Origin: Azolla caroliniana
Lineage: Eukaryota; Plantae; Polypodiophyta
Reading direction: 5' to 3'
NCBI GenBank assembly: GCA_043228905.1
Contig: JBHGNT010000262.1
Location: 1 to 43,568 of the forward strand
Length of the DNA stretch: 43,568 nt
Within the stretch, counting starts at the first letter, position 1. Every line of letters begins with the position of its first letter. The notes below the pieces were generated by a model. It saw only the letters and a list, made by a program, of their open reading frames with translations. It was not told where the DNA came from and made no database searches. Both the position numbers and the translations under genes were made by a program. Shown here piece by piece: positions 10,410-20,911 of the stretch.

Positions 10410-13400
10410 CTATCTCCCCTTTAAAACGACGAGTGTAATGAGTCATTTTGGATTGAGGACCCGGTTTGTCTGGATATTGACGATGGAAGTCTTCAAGAAG
10501 AGCACGAGCATTGGCGACATTCTCTATCGGTTCCCAAGTACGCTCGCTGGGACTATAATCTAGCCAGTCGACTAGATAGTAGAGCTTGTTGCGAACAAGC
10601 TTGGAATCAAGGATGGCGGCAACCTCGTACTCAAGTCCATCTTCAAGCTCGATCGGGGGTGGAGGCTGTGTAATACGTCCTGGGATGGTACTTTCTTGAT
10701 AGGGTTCGAGGAGAGAACTATGAAACACCGGATGTATCCAAAGTTGTGGAGGTAGATCAAGACGAAAAGCGACATCATTAATCTTTCCGATAATACGGAA
10801 AGGACCTAATCACCGATAATCCAACTTCTCGCATGGGCGAGTAGTCTTGATGTGTCGTCGGAGTAGCCATACCCGATCTCCAATGTTAAAACTAGATGGG
10901 AATCGATGACGATCCGCATAAACCTTGTGTGTTTGTTGAGCTTGTTGGAGATGAGTAGATAAATCCGCTTGTATCTTGCGTAACCTCTCCAAACGATCCT
11001 CTGCGCAAGGATTTGTGGACACCTCTGGGGTTTCAAGTACACACCACCGGGGGTGACATCCCGTATAAGCATAAAATGGCGTAACTTTCGTGGATGCATG
11101 GATAGAGTTGTTATAGGCAAATTCGGCGAAGTGGAGAATATCTGCCCAGTCATCCTGATGATAGCTGAGAAAGCACCGCAGATACTGCTCCAGCGTTTGA
11201 TTGGTTCGTTCGGCTTGGCCGTCGGTTTGTGGGTGGTAGCTGGAGGAGAGGTTACAAGTGACCTTGAGCATGTTAAAAAGGTGCTTCCAGAATTTTGACA
11301 CGAACTGGGGTCCACGGTCGCTGATGATACTATTGGGAAGTCCATGATGCTGACATACTTCACGCATGACAATTTCGGCAGTGTCTTCACTGGAGATCTC
11401 CTTAGTACATGGCAAGAAATGAGCCATCTTCATACATCGATCGACCACCGTTAGAATCGCATTGAACCCCTTAGAGACTGGAAGATCTGTGATGAAGTCT
11501 AGAGCAATGGATTGCCATGGCTTGCTTGGAATTGGTAATGGTTCTAATAAACCATATGGATGATGCCTTGGCATTTTCGCTCTGCAGCATGTATCACAAG
11601 TTCGAACAAAATCCTCGACAAATTGTCACATACAGGGCCACCAGAATGATCGTTGTACTAAATGTATTGTTTTAGTACTACCAAAATGCCCAGTTGTATA
11701 TGTGTCATGATAGTTTTGTACTATTTGAAGGTGGCGAGAACCATTAAGAACATACAAAAGTTCTTTAAAGAAGAGTAATCCATCATGGTATTTGAATTGC
11801 CAATAGTCCGTACCTGGTGGTTGCGACTGTGAACACGACGCTCGAGAGGGATCAATTTGTGCTAGTATAGCTTGGGCGAATGCATCTATCTTCAAGTCTT
11901 CGCGTATGGTATCGATAACGCGGGAATTCATGGGCATGAAAAAGATCTTTGTTGCTTGTAGTCGTGCCGGTCCCAAGATGACTTGTTTTTGGTTATCGAA
12001 AGTTAGCTCGCCGGGACAGGGTGCTAGATAGAACGCCGTGATAATGCATCTGCCTTCCCTTGGTGCTTCCCTTGACGATATGTAATTTTGAAGTCGAAAC
12101 GCGTGAGGAAGTGGGCCCACCGAGCTTGACGTCGATTCAACACACGAGCATCCTGAAAGTAGGCAAGGTTCTTGTGGTCACTAAATACGGTGACCGGATG
12201 AGAGGATCCCTCCAGAAAATGCCTCCATTGCATAAAAGAATCCACTATTGCCAATAGCTCCTTATCATGAATTTCGTAGTTGATTTCGGTGGCGTCAAAC
12301 TTGCGTGACTGAAAAGCCACAGGATGTAGCTTCTCATCATTCCCCTGTTGTGACAGAATGCTCCCCAATGCAAAATCCGATGTGTCAGCTTCGATAATAA
12401 ATGGTTTTTCCGGATCGACATGAGCTAGAATTGGAGCCGATGTAAATGCCTTTTTAAGACTCTCGAAAGCCACGTCCGTTTCTTCAGACCAAATGAACGG
12501 TTGTCCCTTCCTGGTAAGTTATGTGAGAGGTAGAACGATCTTTGAGTAATCTTGTATGAACTTCCGGTAAAAATTGGCAAAGCCTAGGAAGCATTGCACA
12601 TTCCGCACCGAACGTGGAGTCTGCCATTCTACCACCGTTTTGACCTTAGCTGGGTCCATGGAGATGCCTTCTGACGAAATGATGTAGCCGAGAAATTCCA
12701 CTTGGTTGCACCCGAAACTACATTTTTCCAGCTTTGCATACAGACCATGTTCTTGAAGTCGTTTTAGTACTAATAGTACATGAGAATCATGTTCTTCTTG
12801 GGTCTTTGAAAAAACCAGTAGATCATCCAAATAGATGATCAAACAATCATCCAAAAGATCTCAGAATATATCATTAGCCACGTGCTGGAAGACTGTCGGT
12901 GCATTAGTGAGGCCGAACGGCATGACCGTATACTCGAAATGCCCATATCTGGTGCGAAACGCGGTCTTCCATTCGTCTCCTGGTCGGATCCGTACGAGGT
13001 TATATGCTCCCCGTAAGTCGATCTTCGTGAAGAACCTGGCACCATTGATCCGTTCTAAAAGACTTGAGATAAGGGGAAGAGCATACCTATTCCTGATTGT
13101 AACCTTATTCAGGCCACGGTAATCTACAATAAGACGAAGCGATCCATCGTTCTTCTTGACGAAGAAAATGGGCGCGCCGGCTAGAGATTTCGAATGCTGG
13201 ATGAAACCATTTTCCAAATTCTCCTCTATATAGGCCCGAAGGACTTCCAGCTCGGTTGGTGACAAATTGTAGATCGGTCCCCATGGCAGCTCTTTTCCCG
13301 GTTGTAAATTGATGGGGCAATTGTACGGTCGATGATGAGGAAGTGTGTTGGCTTGTACTTTATCGAACACATCGGCATAATGACGATACTTCTCGGGAAG

Positions 13401-13514
13401 TTGAACGGTGGATCCTTCTTTAGTGATGCTGGAGGGGTTTACTGATATTGGAAAGAGGAACATTTCCTCCTTGTGCCCTTCTTTACGCAACTGACGTAGC
13501 GAAATGGTTGCCAT
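10402..13514 (-). pseudogene. Chromovirus pol (RT, RNase H, integrase, chromodomain) with stops and frameshifts; protease absent
   Basis: [19 protein letters not shown] and YLDD (12519-13514). RH EADTSDFALG and DKELLAIV (12024-12473). INT LDFITDLP, SDRGPQF and GQAERTN (10810-11574). Chromodomain EYEVAAILDSK..YYLVDWLDYSPSERTWEP (10402-10728). Confidence 0.95.
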
Positions 13515-14250
13515 CTTCTGAGTTGACCTTCTTTACGCAACTGATTGCTTCTGTTAAGGACTTTGGCTCTTCGGGGAAGGTCAAGAGTAAATCCTTGACG
13601 TCGTTGCGTAAACCATAACGGAATTGCTCCATCAACGCTTGATCATCCCAATGGATATCGGCGGCGAGTAGGCGAAAATCTGCAGCATATGCGGAGGCTG
13701 GACGGTCACCTTGGCGTAATCGTCGAATTTTGTTGATTGCGGTCATGATGCTGTCAGTATCTCCGAAACATGCTTTAAACTCACCTAGAAACTCTTCAAA
13801 ATTGTTGAGTAACGGGGATTCCTTTTCTAATAGTGGAGCGAACCATGCCAACGCTGAGCCACTTAACAAAGTGCCTACTAAACCCACTCGTGATGCATCG
13901 GTGGGATACCGGGAAGGATGCATTTGAATAACTAATCGTACCTGGTTAAGGAACCCTCTAAACTGCGATCGCGTTCCATCGAACTTCGTGGGAAGGCCAA
14001 TCTTGGGTTCTTTATGAATCCCTTGTGTTCCAGGCCCTTGTTGTTGCATCGCTACGATGGTTGCTTCGAGTTGTTGCACGCGTAACGCAAGTTCCCCATG
14101 CTGTTGTTGCGTTTGTTGCTTTTCTAAGGAGATTTGCTGAAGATCTCCCAGCAACCGTTGGTTTTCTTGTTCCAAAGCATGGAACTTCTCTTTCAAGCAT
14201 TGAAATTCCGAGAAAACAGATTGATATTCTTTAGCGCTAACAGTGGCCAT
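13483..14250 (-). CDS. Chromovirus Gag (coiled-coil plus capsid), C-terminally truncated
   Basis: 255-aa ORF with [28 protein letters not shown] and [15 protein letters not shown] (QG-Y-F major-homology-like motif). No CCHC knuckle. Confidence 0.9.
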   Translation of the reverse strand: MATVSAKEYQSVFSEFQCLKEKFHALEQENQRLLGDLQQISLEKQQTQQQHGELALRVQQLEATIVAMQQQGPGTQGIHKEPKIGLPTKFDGTRSQFRGFLNQVRLVIQMHPSRYPTDASRVGLVGTLLSGSALAWFAPLLEKESPLLNNFEEFLGEFKACFGDTDSIMTAINKIRRLRQGDRPASAYAADFRLLAADIHWDDQALMEQFRYGLRNDVKDLLLTFPEEPKSLTEAISCVKKVNSEDGNHFATSVA

Positions 14251-14309
14251 GGGATGAAAGGAAAGAGGAATAAGAGATTAGTAGGAAATGAGAGAGACCA
14301 AAGGTAGGA

Positions 14310-14321
14310 AAATCGGTTCAA
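14310..14321 (-). promoter_or_regulatory. Non-tRNA primer-binding site (putative self-priming)
   Basis: Minus-strand TTGAACCGATTT lies 2 nt inside the 5' LTR boundary and is exactly complementary to AAATCGGTTCAA in the LTR (14540-14529). Confidence 0.75.
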
Positions 14322-14323
14322 AC

Positions 14324-14758
14324 TGTCAGGAACAGTACTAAGACAGAGAAGGAATTAGTACTAAAAGAAGTATTAGTACTAAGAGAGGTAAAGAACTCTC
14401 GAGAGAAGGAAAGAGTGAGTGAGAGGGAGGGAGAGAGAGATCGAGAGAGAGAGAGAGAAAGTGATGATAAGAAAAGATATATATTATGTGAAGAAAATGT
14501 ACAGTAGCTAGGAAGCTTAAGACTTGCGTTGAACCGATTTGGTTAGAAATAATGCCTTGTGCCTCCTTTTATAGTGTTCTAAGGAATACTCCTGAAGTTT
14601 CTAGAATGTTCCAGAGAAATTATGGAATATACATCAATTTTCTATAATAAAACATAAATGAAAATAATATTCTATGTATTACAATGTATAGTCTAATGGT
14701 CAAGAGCTCAACCCATGTAGTATAAGGTCATAGGTTCGAATCTTGCCATATCATGACA
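14324..14758 (-). repeat. 5' LTR of the chromovirus
   Basis: TGTCA...TGACA termini; minus-strand TATAAAA at 14573-14567. Confidence 0.95.
14682..14754 (+). other. tRNA-like Pol III A-box/B-box module in the 5' LTR
   Basis: TAGTCTAATGG at 14689-14699 and GGTTCGAATCT at 14733-14743, 44 nt start to start. Confidence 0.55.
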
Positions 14759-15759
14759 CCATCATGGCTATATTTGTAAATGCCAAAAAGTCATATTAGT
14801 ATAAATATGACTTAGGGCAAAATTTTAGAGGTTGTTGTTATTCTTGTTGGTGCGAGAAGAGAGAGTGTGTGTACCCGTGTACAGAGAGAGAGAGAGAGAG
14901 AGAAAGAGGTCGTTGCCTCTGTTGAAACCGCCGCTTGTGGCGAAGATCGTGAGCACGAGGTCGTTGCCTCCGTGAACTCACTGTTGTACATTCTAACATA
15001 GTGATAGTTTGCAGCCTGTGGGCGGCCGTGGTTTTTCCTTAGTTTGGGTTTTCCACGTAAACATCCTGTGTACTCTTCTCTTCATTGTGTTGTGCATTTA
15101 TCTCCCGTTTTCTGTGTATGATTTTAAGCTCGGTTGTGGCCGAGCGTTGTGTATAGAGAGTTTTGCAGTTCCTCTCACTCTGCGCATGACTCTAGCCTTA
15201 ACCGACTTCTCATAGTAGACAATCGAGCAGGTGGTCGCCCATGTCCTTGTTGTCAACAGAACTCAGCATAGTACCTCTTTTTCGATGGGGACACTCCAGA
15301 ACGCCTTTTTGACCCATGAAGAAACCCAATTTCGCAAGCTCTCCATTGTACAACATGCTTCAATTCCTGCCACTTGACCATGGATTTCCCTCTTCGACCA
15401 CATTGCCCGATCAGCCATTCCCAGGTGCATACGGTAGAGTAGTGTGAATATAATATGCTTAATTGCACTACTACCATTCCCGTACACCAAATTGAGCCCT
15501 GCAACAATTGTCTTCGGCAGGATGATCGTCCACCACCCCGGAATCGGGATGCCGAGCGGCCTTGGTATGAGGATCACTATCGTCGGGATAATTGGTATCA
15601 AACTGAGGAAGAGCGTTACCGGCTAGACAATAGGCCTTGACTTGAGGATGACCGATATAGATATAGAGAAGACCGTTATCGCCTAGCCGATGACTACTAC
15701 CTATACGACTACGATCGGGACAACGATCATGAATCCAGTTATCAACGGCACGATCAGCG

Positions 15760-16036
15760 TGTCGAATACATGTGTATAATGGACGTATTCACACTATCCC
15801 GTTTTGGCCATTTATGTAATTAGCATAAAGGGTAGTTGCCCTAAGTCGGTCACTATATATAGTGACCTTGTAACCTTTTTGTAAGGTTGGCTATTGTATT
15901 GTTGCTTTATGAAATAAAGAGTCTTTTGTGTCTCTCTCTCTCTCTCTCAGTGCAACGACCTAGAAACTGTCATACGCAGGTACAACAATCATCGAATGCT
16001 TCTTGATCTTCCGCACTGACGACCTCGTCCCCAACA
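15760..16036 (+). repeat. 5' LTR of the intact copia
   Basis: TG...CA termini; direct repeat of 20912-21188. Confidence 0.98.
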
Positions 16037-16038
16037 TC

Positions 16039-16050
16039 TGGTATCAGAGC
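16039..16050 (+). promoter_or_regulatory. Primer-binding site, initiator Met tRNA
   Basis: TGGTATCAGAGC, 2 nt after the LTR. Confidence 0.97.
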
Positions 16051-16704
16051 CTGCACAGCAGTCGGTCCCTCAATCCGCTGTCGGCCGTCGTCTCTGCATT
16101 CGGTTCCCTGCGTCATTCGAAGAAGAGAGGAGAAGAAGAAAAACCAGGTTTGCATCTCATCGCGTTAGATTATCTTGCTTGGAGTAAGCCAGCAGGTTGT
16201 ACTCCGTTCCTAGTGATCGTAACCGCTCGAGGTGAAATCCCCTTGTGCAACATTGACACGATCGTGCTCCACTCGGTTAAACGGCATCCGAAAAGGTCAC
16301 TGAACGCTGCTCGCCGCTCGTTGTAACCACTCGGTGCAGATCGGTCTCAAGACAGCAACCCCAAATTCATGCTTCATCTGGCTGATCGACATTTGGGAGG
16401 ATCAGTTGGATCCGTCTCTCTCGTTGCTGCAGTCAACCGAAGCAAAATCGGTTCAGATAATCGGTTTTAATAATCGGTATTCGGCATATATATCCGAAAC
16501 GAACCAGGCTCCGACTCGGCAACATTCGGGAAGACCAGTCGGTTCTGTCCCTCAAGCTACCGAAGTCAATTCGAGCAAGTTCCGAAGCCGAACCGACTCG
16601 GGTTCAAATCTGACTAGAACGATATCGGGTGAGCCAACCGGCTGCACTCCAACAAGGTTCGTAGTCAACTTCGAACCGAGCTTCGTCAACTGAAACCGAA
16701 TTTG

Positions 16705-19700
16705 ATGGCATCAACATCCGGCTCGTCAGAAATGAGTCTACGAAAGTTCGATGGATCGAACTTCAACTTCTGGAAGGAACAAATGCAGGACTATCTCATA
16801 GTCAAGGGGCAGATCGATCCCATCGAAAATGAAGAACCTCCAGAAGGATACAAACCAATTGAGTGGCAGAAGCTGGACAGAATTGTCCGCGCCACGATTC
16901 GGATGCACCTATCGGAATCGGTATATTTTACGGTGCAATCGTGTACGACAGCATTCGAACTGTGGAAAACACTGTCGGACACTTACGAAAAGAAGGTCGC
17001 CGCAACAAAGATGTTTCTGATCCGGCGCCTCTACAACTTGCGGATGAAAGAGTCCGATTCGGTTCAAGCACACCTCAATGAGTACGAAAGCATAAGCTCC
17101 CAAATCTCGTCACAGGGGACGGCAATCGAGGATGAGCTCAAAGCAATGATACTCATGAGCAGCCTTCCCTCATCATGGGAAACTTTCGTCACAACCGTGT
17201 GCAACGCGTCAACCACGGCTGTTAAATACTCCGAAGTCACGAGCGCAATCCTGACCGAAGCAGCTCGGAGAAAGTCTTTCGCCAAAGACTCAACAGACGA
17301 CGCTTACGTAGTACAAGGTTCGACAGACCGATCGAACATACGAGGAAGAGATTCCTCACGGCCGCCGAACAATCAGCGAAGACGGAGCCAGTCACGGGAT
17401 AACCGAATCTGCAACTACTGCAAGAAACCCGGACACATCAAAGCCGACTGCCGCGCACTCAAGAACAAGAAAAACAAGAAGAGTGGCCGGCATGAGGAGA
17501 TCAATTACGTCAGCTTCTCGGCTGATGTGCTACCAGACGACCCGAATATCCTATCAATCGAAAATCCAGTCGGATCAGAAGTTCTGCTCACGACTGAAGA
17601 ATCGAGCACATGGCTCTTAGATTCGGGTGCGTCATTTCACGTGACTCCTCATCGATCCCAATTTCGGCAATATACGATCCGTCACTCCGACTCAGTTCGG
17701 GTCGGCAACTCGCAACACTGTGACATCATTGGAATCGGCACAGTAGAGCTCAACCTTGCAGGTGGCTCTACACTTGTACTCCACAATGTCCGACATGTAC
17801 CCGAGCTCTCAAGGCCATTGATCTCAGTCGGACAACTAGATGAAGACGGCATTCGTGCCGGCTTTTCTTCGGGAGGGTGGACACTTCACAGGGGGAACCT
17901 CCTGCTTGCTAGAGGACCCAAGATACACTCCCTGTATCCGTTACATGTTACGCTCAGAGAGGGTAACCTGTTTTTGGTGGATATTCCTGTGTCATCACTA
18001 TGGCACAGAAGATTAGGACACCTCAGCAAGGCCGGCATCACGCATCTATCTAGAGCCGGATACATCCCCAAACTCTCCTTCTCCGACCATCAATTCTGCG
18101 AGCATTGCCAGTATGGCAAACAAGCAGCCGCATCACACCCGACATCAGCACCAAGAGAAACGAGACCTCTCGATTTAGTCCATTCGGACGTCTGTGGCCC
18201 AATGCCGCATCAGTCTCTAGGCGGTGCCTCTTACTTCGTCACTTTTATTGACGATTCGACTCGAAAGGTGTGGGCTTATCCAATTCGCACCAAAGATCGT
18301 GTATTCTCGATCTTCACCGATTGGCTCGCTATGGTGGAAAATCAAACCGACCGAAAGCTGAAATGCTTTCGAACCGACAACGGGGGAGAGTTTAAATCCG
18401 AAGAATTCGTCAAATTCTGCCGACAACGCGGCATCCGACGTGAACTTACGGCACCACACAGTCCGGAGCAAAACGGGATTGCAGAACGAATGAATCGGAC
18501 AATCCAAGAACGGACAGTTTCCATGCTCCAACACTCCGGACTGTCGGATAGCTTCTGGGCGGAGGCTCTACTCACGGCAGTACACATAATCAATATGTCG
18601 CCAAGTAGACCTCTAGGACTTCAAATTCCTCAGGAACTATGGATCGGCAGTAAGCCGAATTACGACAAGCTGAGGATCTTCGGATGCGAGGCGTACGCCC
18701 TCATTCCGAAAGATGATCGCCGAAAACTTGCACCTCGGTCCAGGAAATGCATTTTCCTTGGATATGGATCCGACGGCGAAATGGGATACCGACTCTGGGA
18801 CCCCGAACGCAGGCAAATCGTTCGAAGTTCGGACGTTGTGTTCAACGAGTCGGCTATGAACCCATCCGTCGAAAAACCAACCGAAGTCCGAAGGGTAACA
18901 TTTTCCGATGTGCCGACCCTTCAAGAAGGCCCCGCTCTCAACACACGGTCAGCTTCACGGGTAGCTGAACCTTACACTACCGACTCGGACAACTCCGACT
19001 CGGCCCAGCAGAACAGTCCGCTTTCGGACCATCCGACCTCGATACCCGATGCGACCAGTCCAATCATACCTCGACGATCCGAGAGACTGTCGCAACCTCC
19101 GGAGAGGTACTCTCCTGGAATTTTCTTCACCGACGCCGGCGAACCGACGTCTTACGAAGAAGCATCGACATCTGTCGATTCAGCCACCTGGCATCTGGCG
19201 ATGGAGTCGGAAATGCACTCCATTCAGGCAAACAAGACTTGGGATCTGGTTGAATTACCCAGGAACCGACGTGCTCTTCCTTGCAAGTGGGTTTATCGAC
19301 TAAAAGAGACGTCTGATTCGACCACCCCAAAGTACAAGGCCAGATTAGTTGCGAAGGGCTTCCGACAAGAATATGGCGTCGACTTCGACGAGATTTTTTC
19401 ACCAGTGGTGAAAATGACAACCCTTCGTTTTCTGCTCGGCGTAGTGGCAGCCGACAACTTGGAGCTGATTCAGCTAGATGTCAAAACAGCCTTCCTCCAT
19501 GGTGATCTCGAGGAGGAAATTTATATGGAGCAGCCAAAAGGCTTCGTGGCACCTGGCCAAGAACATCTAGTCTGCCGACTCAGGAAGAGTCTATACGGCC
19601 TCAAACAGGCACCGCGACAATGGTACAAGAAGTTCGACGACTTCATCCAATCGATCGGCTTCTCAAAAAGCGATGAGGACCATTGTCTCTTTACCAACAC

Positions 19701-20718
19701 AGCTCAAGATGGATCACCCATCTTCCTCATCATTTACGTGGACGACATGCTAATTTCTGGACGCCACGCGGGCGAACTTGCCAATCTCATTCGGCAACTG
19801 CGGTTGAAGTTTGCTATGAAGGACCTCGGTCCGGCACGACACATCCTTGGCATGAAGATTAGTCGGCATCGCGATAAACGACATCTTTTTTTGTCTCAGA
19901 CCGACTATATCGGACGTGTCTTGGAACGCTTCAACATGCAATCCGCCAAATCTGCTTCAACCCCGCTCCCCATGAATCTTCGGCTCTCTCAGCGAGACTG
20001 CCCGACATCCGGTTCGGAGGGGGAAGATATGAAGTCGGTACCGTATGCACCGGCAGTCGGCTCCCTTATGTACCTGATGGTCGCGACACGGCCTGATATT
20101 TCTCATGCCGTAGGAGTCGTTAGCAGATTTATGCACAATCCTGGCCGATCGCATTGGAACGCAGTCAAGCATGTGTTCAGATATCTGGCTGGCACAAAAG
20201 ACCATGGCATTCTTTTCGGTCCGAACCGAACCTCAGGCGTAGTCGGTTACACCGACTCGGATTTCGCCGGCTGTATAGACAGTCGAAAATCAACAACCGG
20301 ATACTGCTTCAAATTCGGCAATGGAGCAATCTCGTGGAAGTCGAAACTTCAGGAGTGCACAGCGACCTCAACAACCGAAGCAGAATATGTAGCTGCGTCC
20401 GACGCAGCAAAAGAAGCTTTGTGGCTCGGTCGGCTGGCGCACACGTTTCGGCAAGTCGACCACGACTCAACTCCAGTTGTCTACAGCGACAGTCAAGGTG
20501 CTGTTGCCCTGTCGAAAAATCCGGTTCATCATAACGCCTCCAAACATATCGACGTTCGATATCACTTCGTTCGGGACTGCGTCATTTCAGGGAAAATCGG
20601 TCTAGAGAAAATATCCACAACCGACAATGTCGCAGATGGAATGACCAAGTGTCTTTCGGCAGACCGTTTTCGGTCTCTTCGGCATCAGATGGGCGTAACG
20701 ACAAACCAGTCCGGTTAG
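16705..20718 (+). CDS. Ty1/copia Gag-Pol polyprotein (Gag, PR, INT, RT, RNase H), 1337 aa from ATG 16705
   Basis: CNYCKKPGHIKADC knuckle; WLLDSGAS protease; LWHRRLGH..CEHC; HSDVCGP, RTDNGGEF and AERMNRT (DDE); QLDVKTAFLHG and YVDDML RT; GYTDSDFAG and STTEAEY RNase H. Confidence 0.98.
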   Translation: MASTSGSSEMSLRKFDGSNFNFWKEQMQDYLIVKGQIDPIENEEPPEGYKPIEWQKLDRIVRATIRMHLSESVYFTVQSCTTAFELWKTLSDTYEKKVAATKMFLIRRLYNLRMKESDSVQAHLNEYESISSQISSQGTAIEDELKAMILMSSLPSSWETFVTTVCNASTTAVKYSEVTSAILTEAARRKSFAKDSTDDAYVVQGSTDRSNIRGRDSSRPPNNQRRRSQSRDNRICNYCKKPGHIKADCRALKNKKNKKSGRHEEINYVSFSADVLPDDPNILSIENPVGSEVLLTTEESSTWLLDSGASFHVTPHRSQFRQYTIRHSDSVRVGNSQHCDIIGIGTVELNLAGGSTLVLHNVRHVPELSRPLISVGQLDEDGIRAGFSSGGWTLHRGNLLLARGPKIHSLYPLHVTLREGNLFLVDIPVSSLWHRRLGHLSKAGITHLSRAGYIPKLSFSDHQFCEHCQYGKQAAASHPTSAPRETRPLDLVHSDVCGPMPHQSLGGASYFVTFIDDSTRKVWAYPIRTKDRVFSIFTDWLAMVENQTDRKLKCFRTDNGGEFKSEEFVKFCRQRGIRRELTAPHSPEQNGIAERMNRTIQERTVSMLQHSGLSDSFWAEALLTAVHIINMSPSRPLGLQIPQELWIGSKPNYDKLRIFGCEAYALIPKDDRRKLAPRSRKCIFLGYGSDGEMGYRLWDPERRQIVRSSDVVFNESAMNPSVEKPTEVRRVTFSDVPTLQEGPALNTRSASRVAEPYTTDSDNSDSAQQNSPLSDHPTSIPDATSPIIPRRSERLSQPPERYSPGIFFTDAGEPTSYEEASTSVDSATWHLAMESEMHSIQANKTWDLVELPRNRRALPCKWVYRLKETSDSTTPKYKARLVAKGFRQEYGVDFDEIFSPVVKMTTLRFLLGVVAADNLELIQLDVKTAFLHGDLEEEIYMEQPKGFVAPGQEHLVCRLRKSLYGLKQAPRQWYKKFDDFIQSIGFSKSDEDHCLFTNTAQDGSPIFLIIYVDDMLISGRHAGELANLIRQLRLKFAMKDLGPARHILGMKISRHRDKRHLFLSQTDYIGRVLERFNMQSAKSASTPLPMNLRLSQRDCPTSGSEGEDMKSVPYAPAVGSLMYLMVATRPDISHAVGVVSRFMHNPGRSHWNAVKHVFRYLAGTKDHGILFGPNRTSGVVGYTDSDFAGCIDSRKSTTGYCFKFGNGAISWKSKLQECTATSTTEAEYVAASDAAKEALWLGRLAHTFRQVDHDSTPVVYSDSQGAVALSKNPVHHNASKHIDVRYHFVRDCVISGKIGLEKISTTDNVADGMTKCLSADRFRSLRHQMGVTTNQSG

Positions 20719-20904
20719 AGCCGGACACAGAGCAGGATGGTTCCCGACAACTGACATCAGTTCCTTAATGATCGGCTTCAACTGTTCCGACCCGACCAGT
20801 TCGGTCTTCTGCCTTCGGACCCTGCCGACTCGAACAAAGCTGATATGTCCGAGAACCCAAGTCTATACCTGTAATCTTAGATAACCCATGTATACGCCCA
20901 TTAC

Positions 20905-20911
20905 GGGGGAG
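20905..20911 (+). promoter_or_regulatory. Polypurine tract
   Basis: GGGGGAG immediately before the 3' LTR. Confidence 0.85.

Larger units (their letters stand above)
9978..14758 (-). mobile_element. Ty3/gypsy chromovirus (Tcn1-like), both LTRs present, internally deleted and pseudogenised
   Basis: LTRs at 14324-14758 (5') and 9978-10409 (3'); TSD CCATC (9973-9977 and 14759-14763); PPT AGGGGAGATAG at 10410-10420. Domain order gag-RT-RH-INT-chromodomain. Confidence 0.95.
9655..15177 (+). mobile_element. Solo LTR (about 737 bp when rejoined: 9655-9977 plus 14764-15177), copia-like, interrupted by the chromovirus
   Basis: TGTTGG...TCTCA termini with perfect TSD CTCTG (9650-9654 and 15178-15182). 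Shares a TGTTGGGA..GTCCCTCC start and a GGGTTT(T)CCACGTAAA motif with the copia LTRs at 22853 and 27571. Confidence 0.85.

Noticed and set aside
16791-20534. Many short overlapping or antisense ORFs inside the copia (likewise 38107-38658 and 10806-11390)
   Set aside because: Shadow frames of GC-rich pol sequence with no recognisable motifs.
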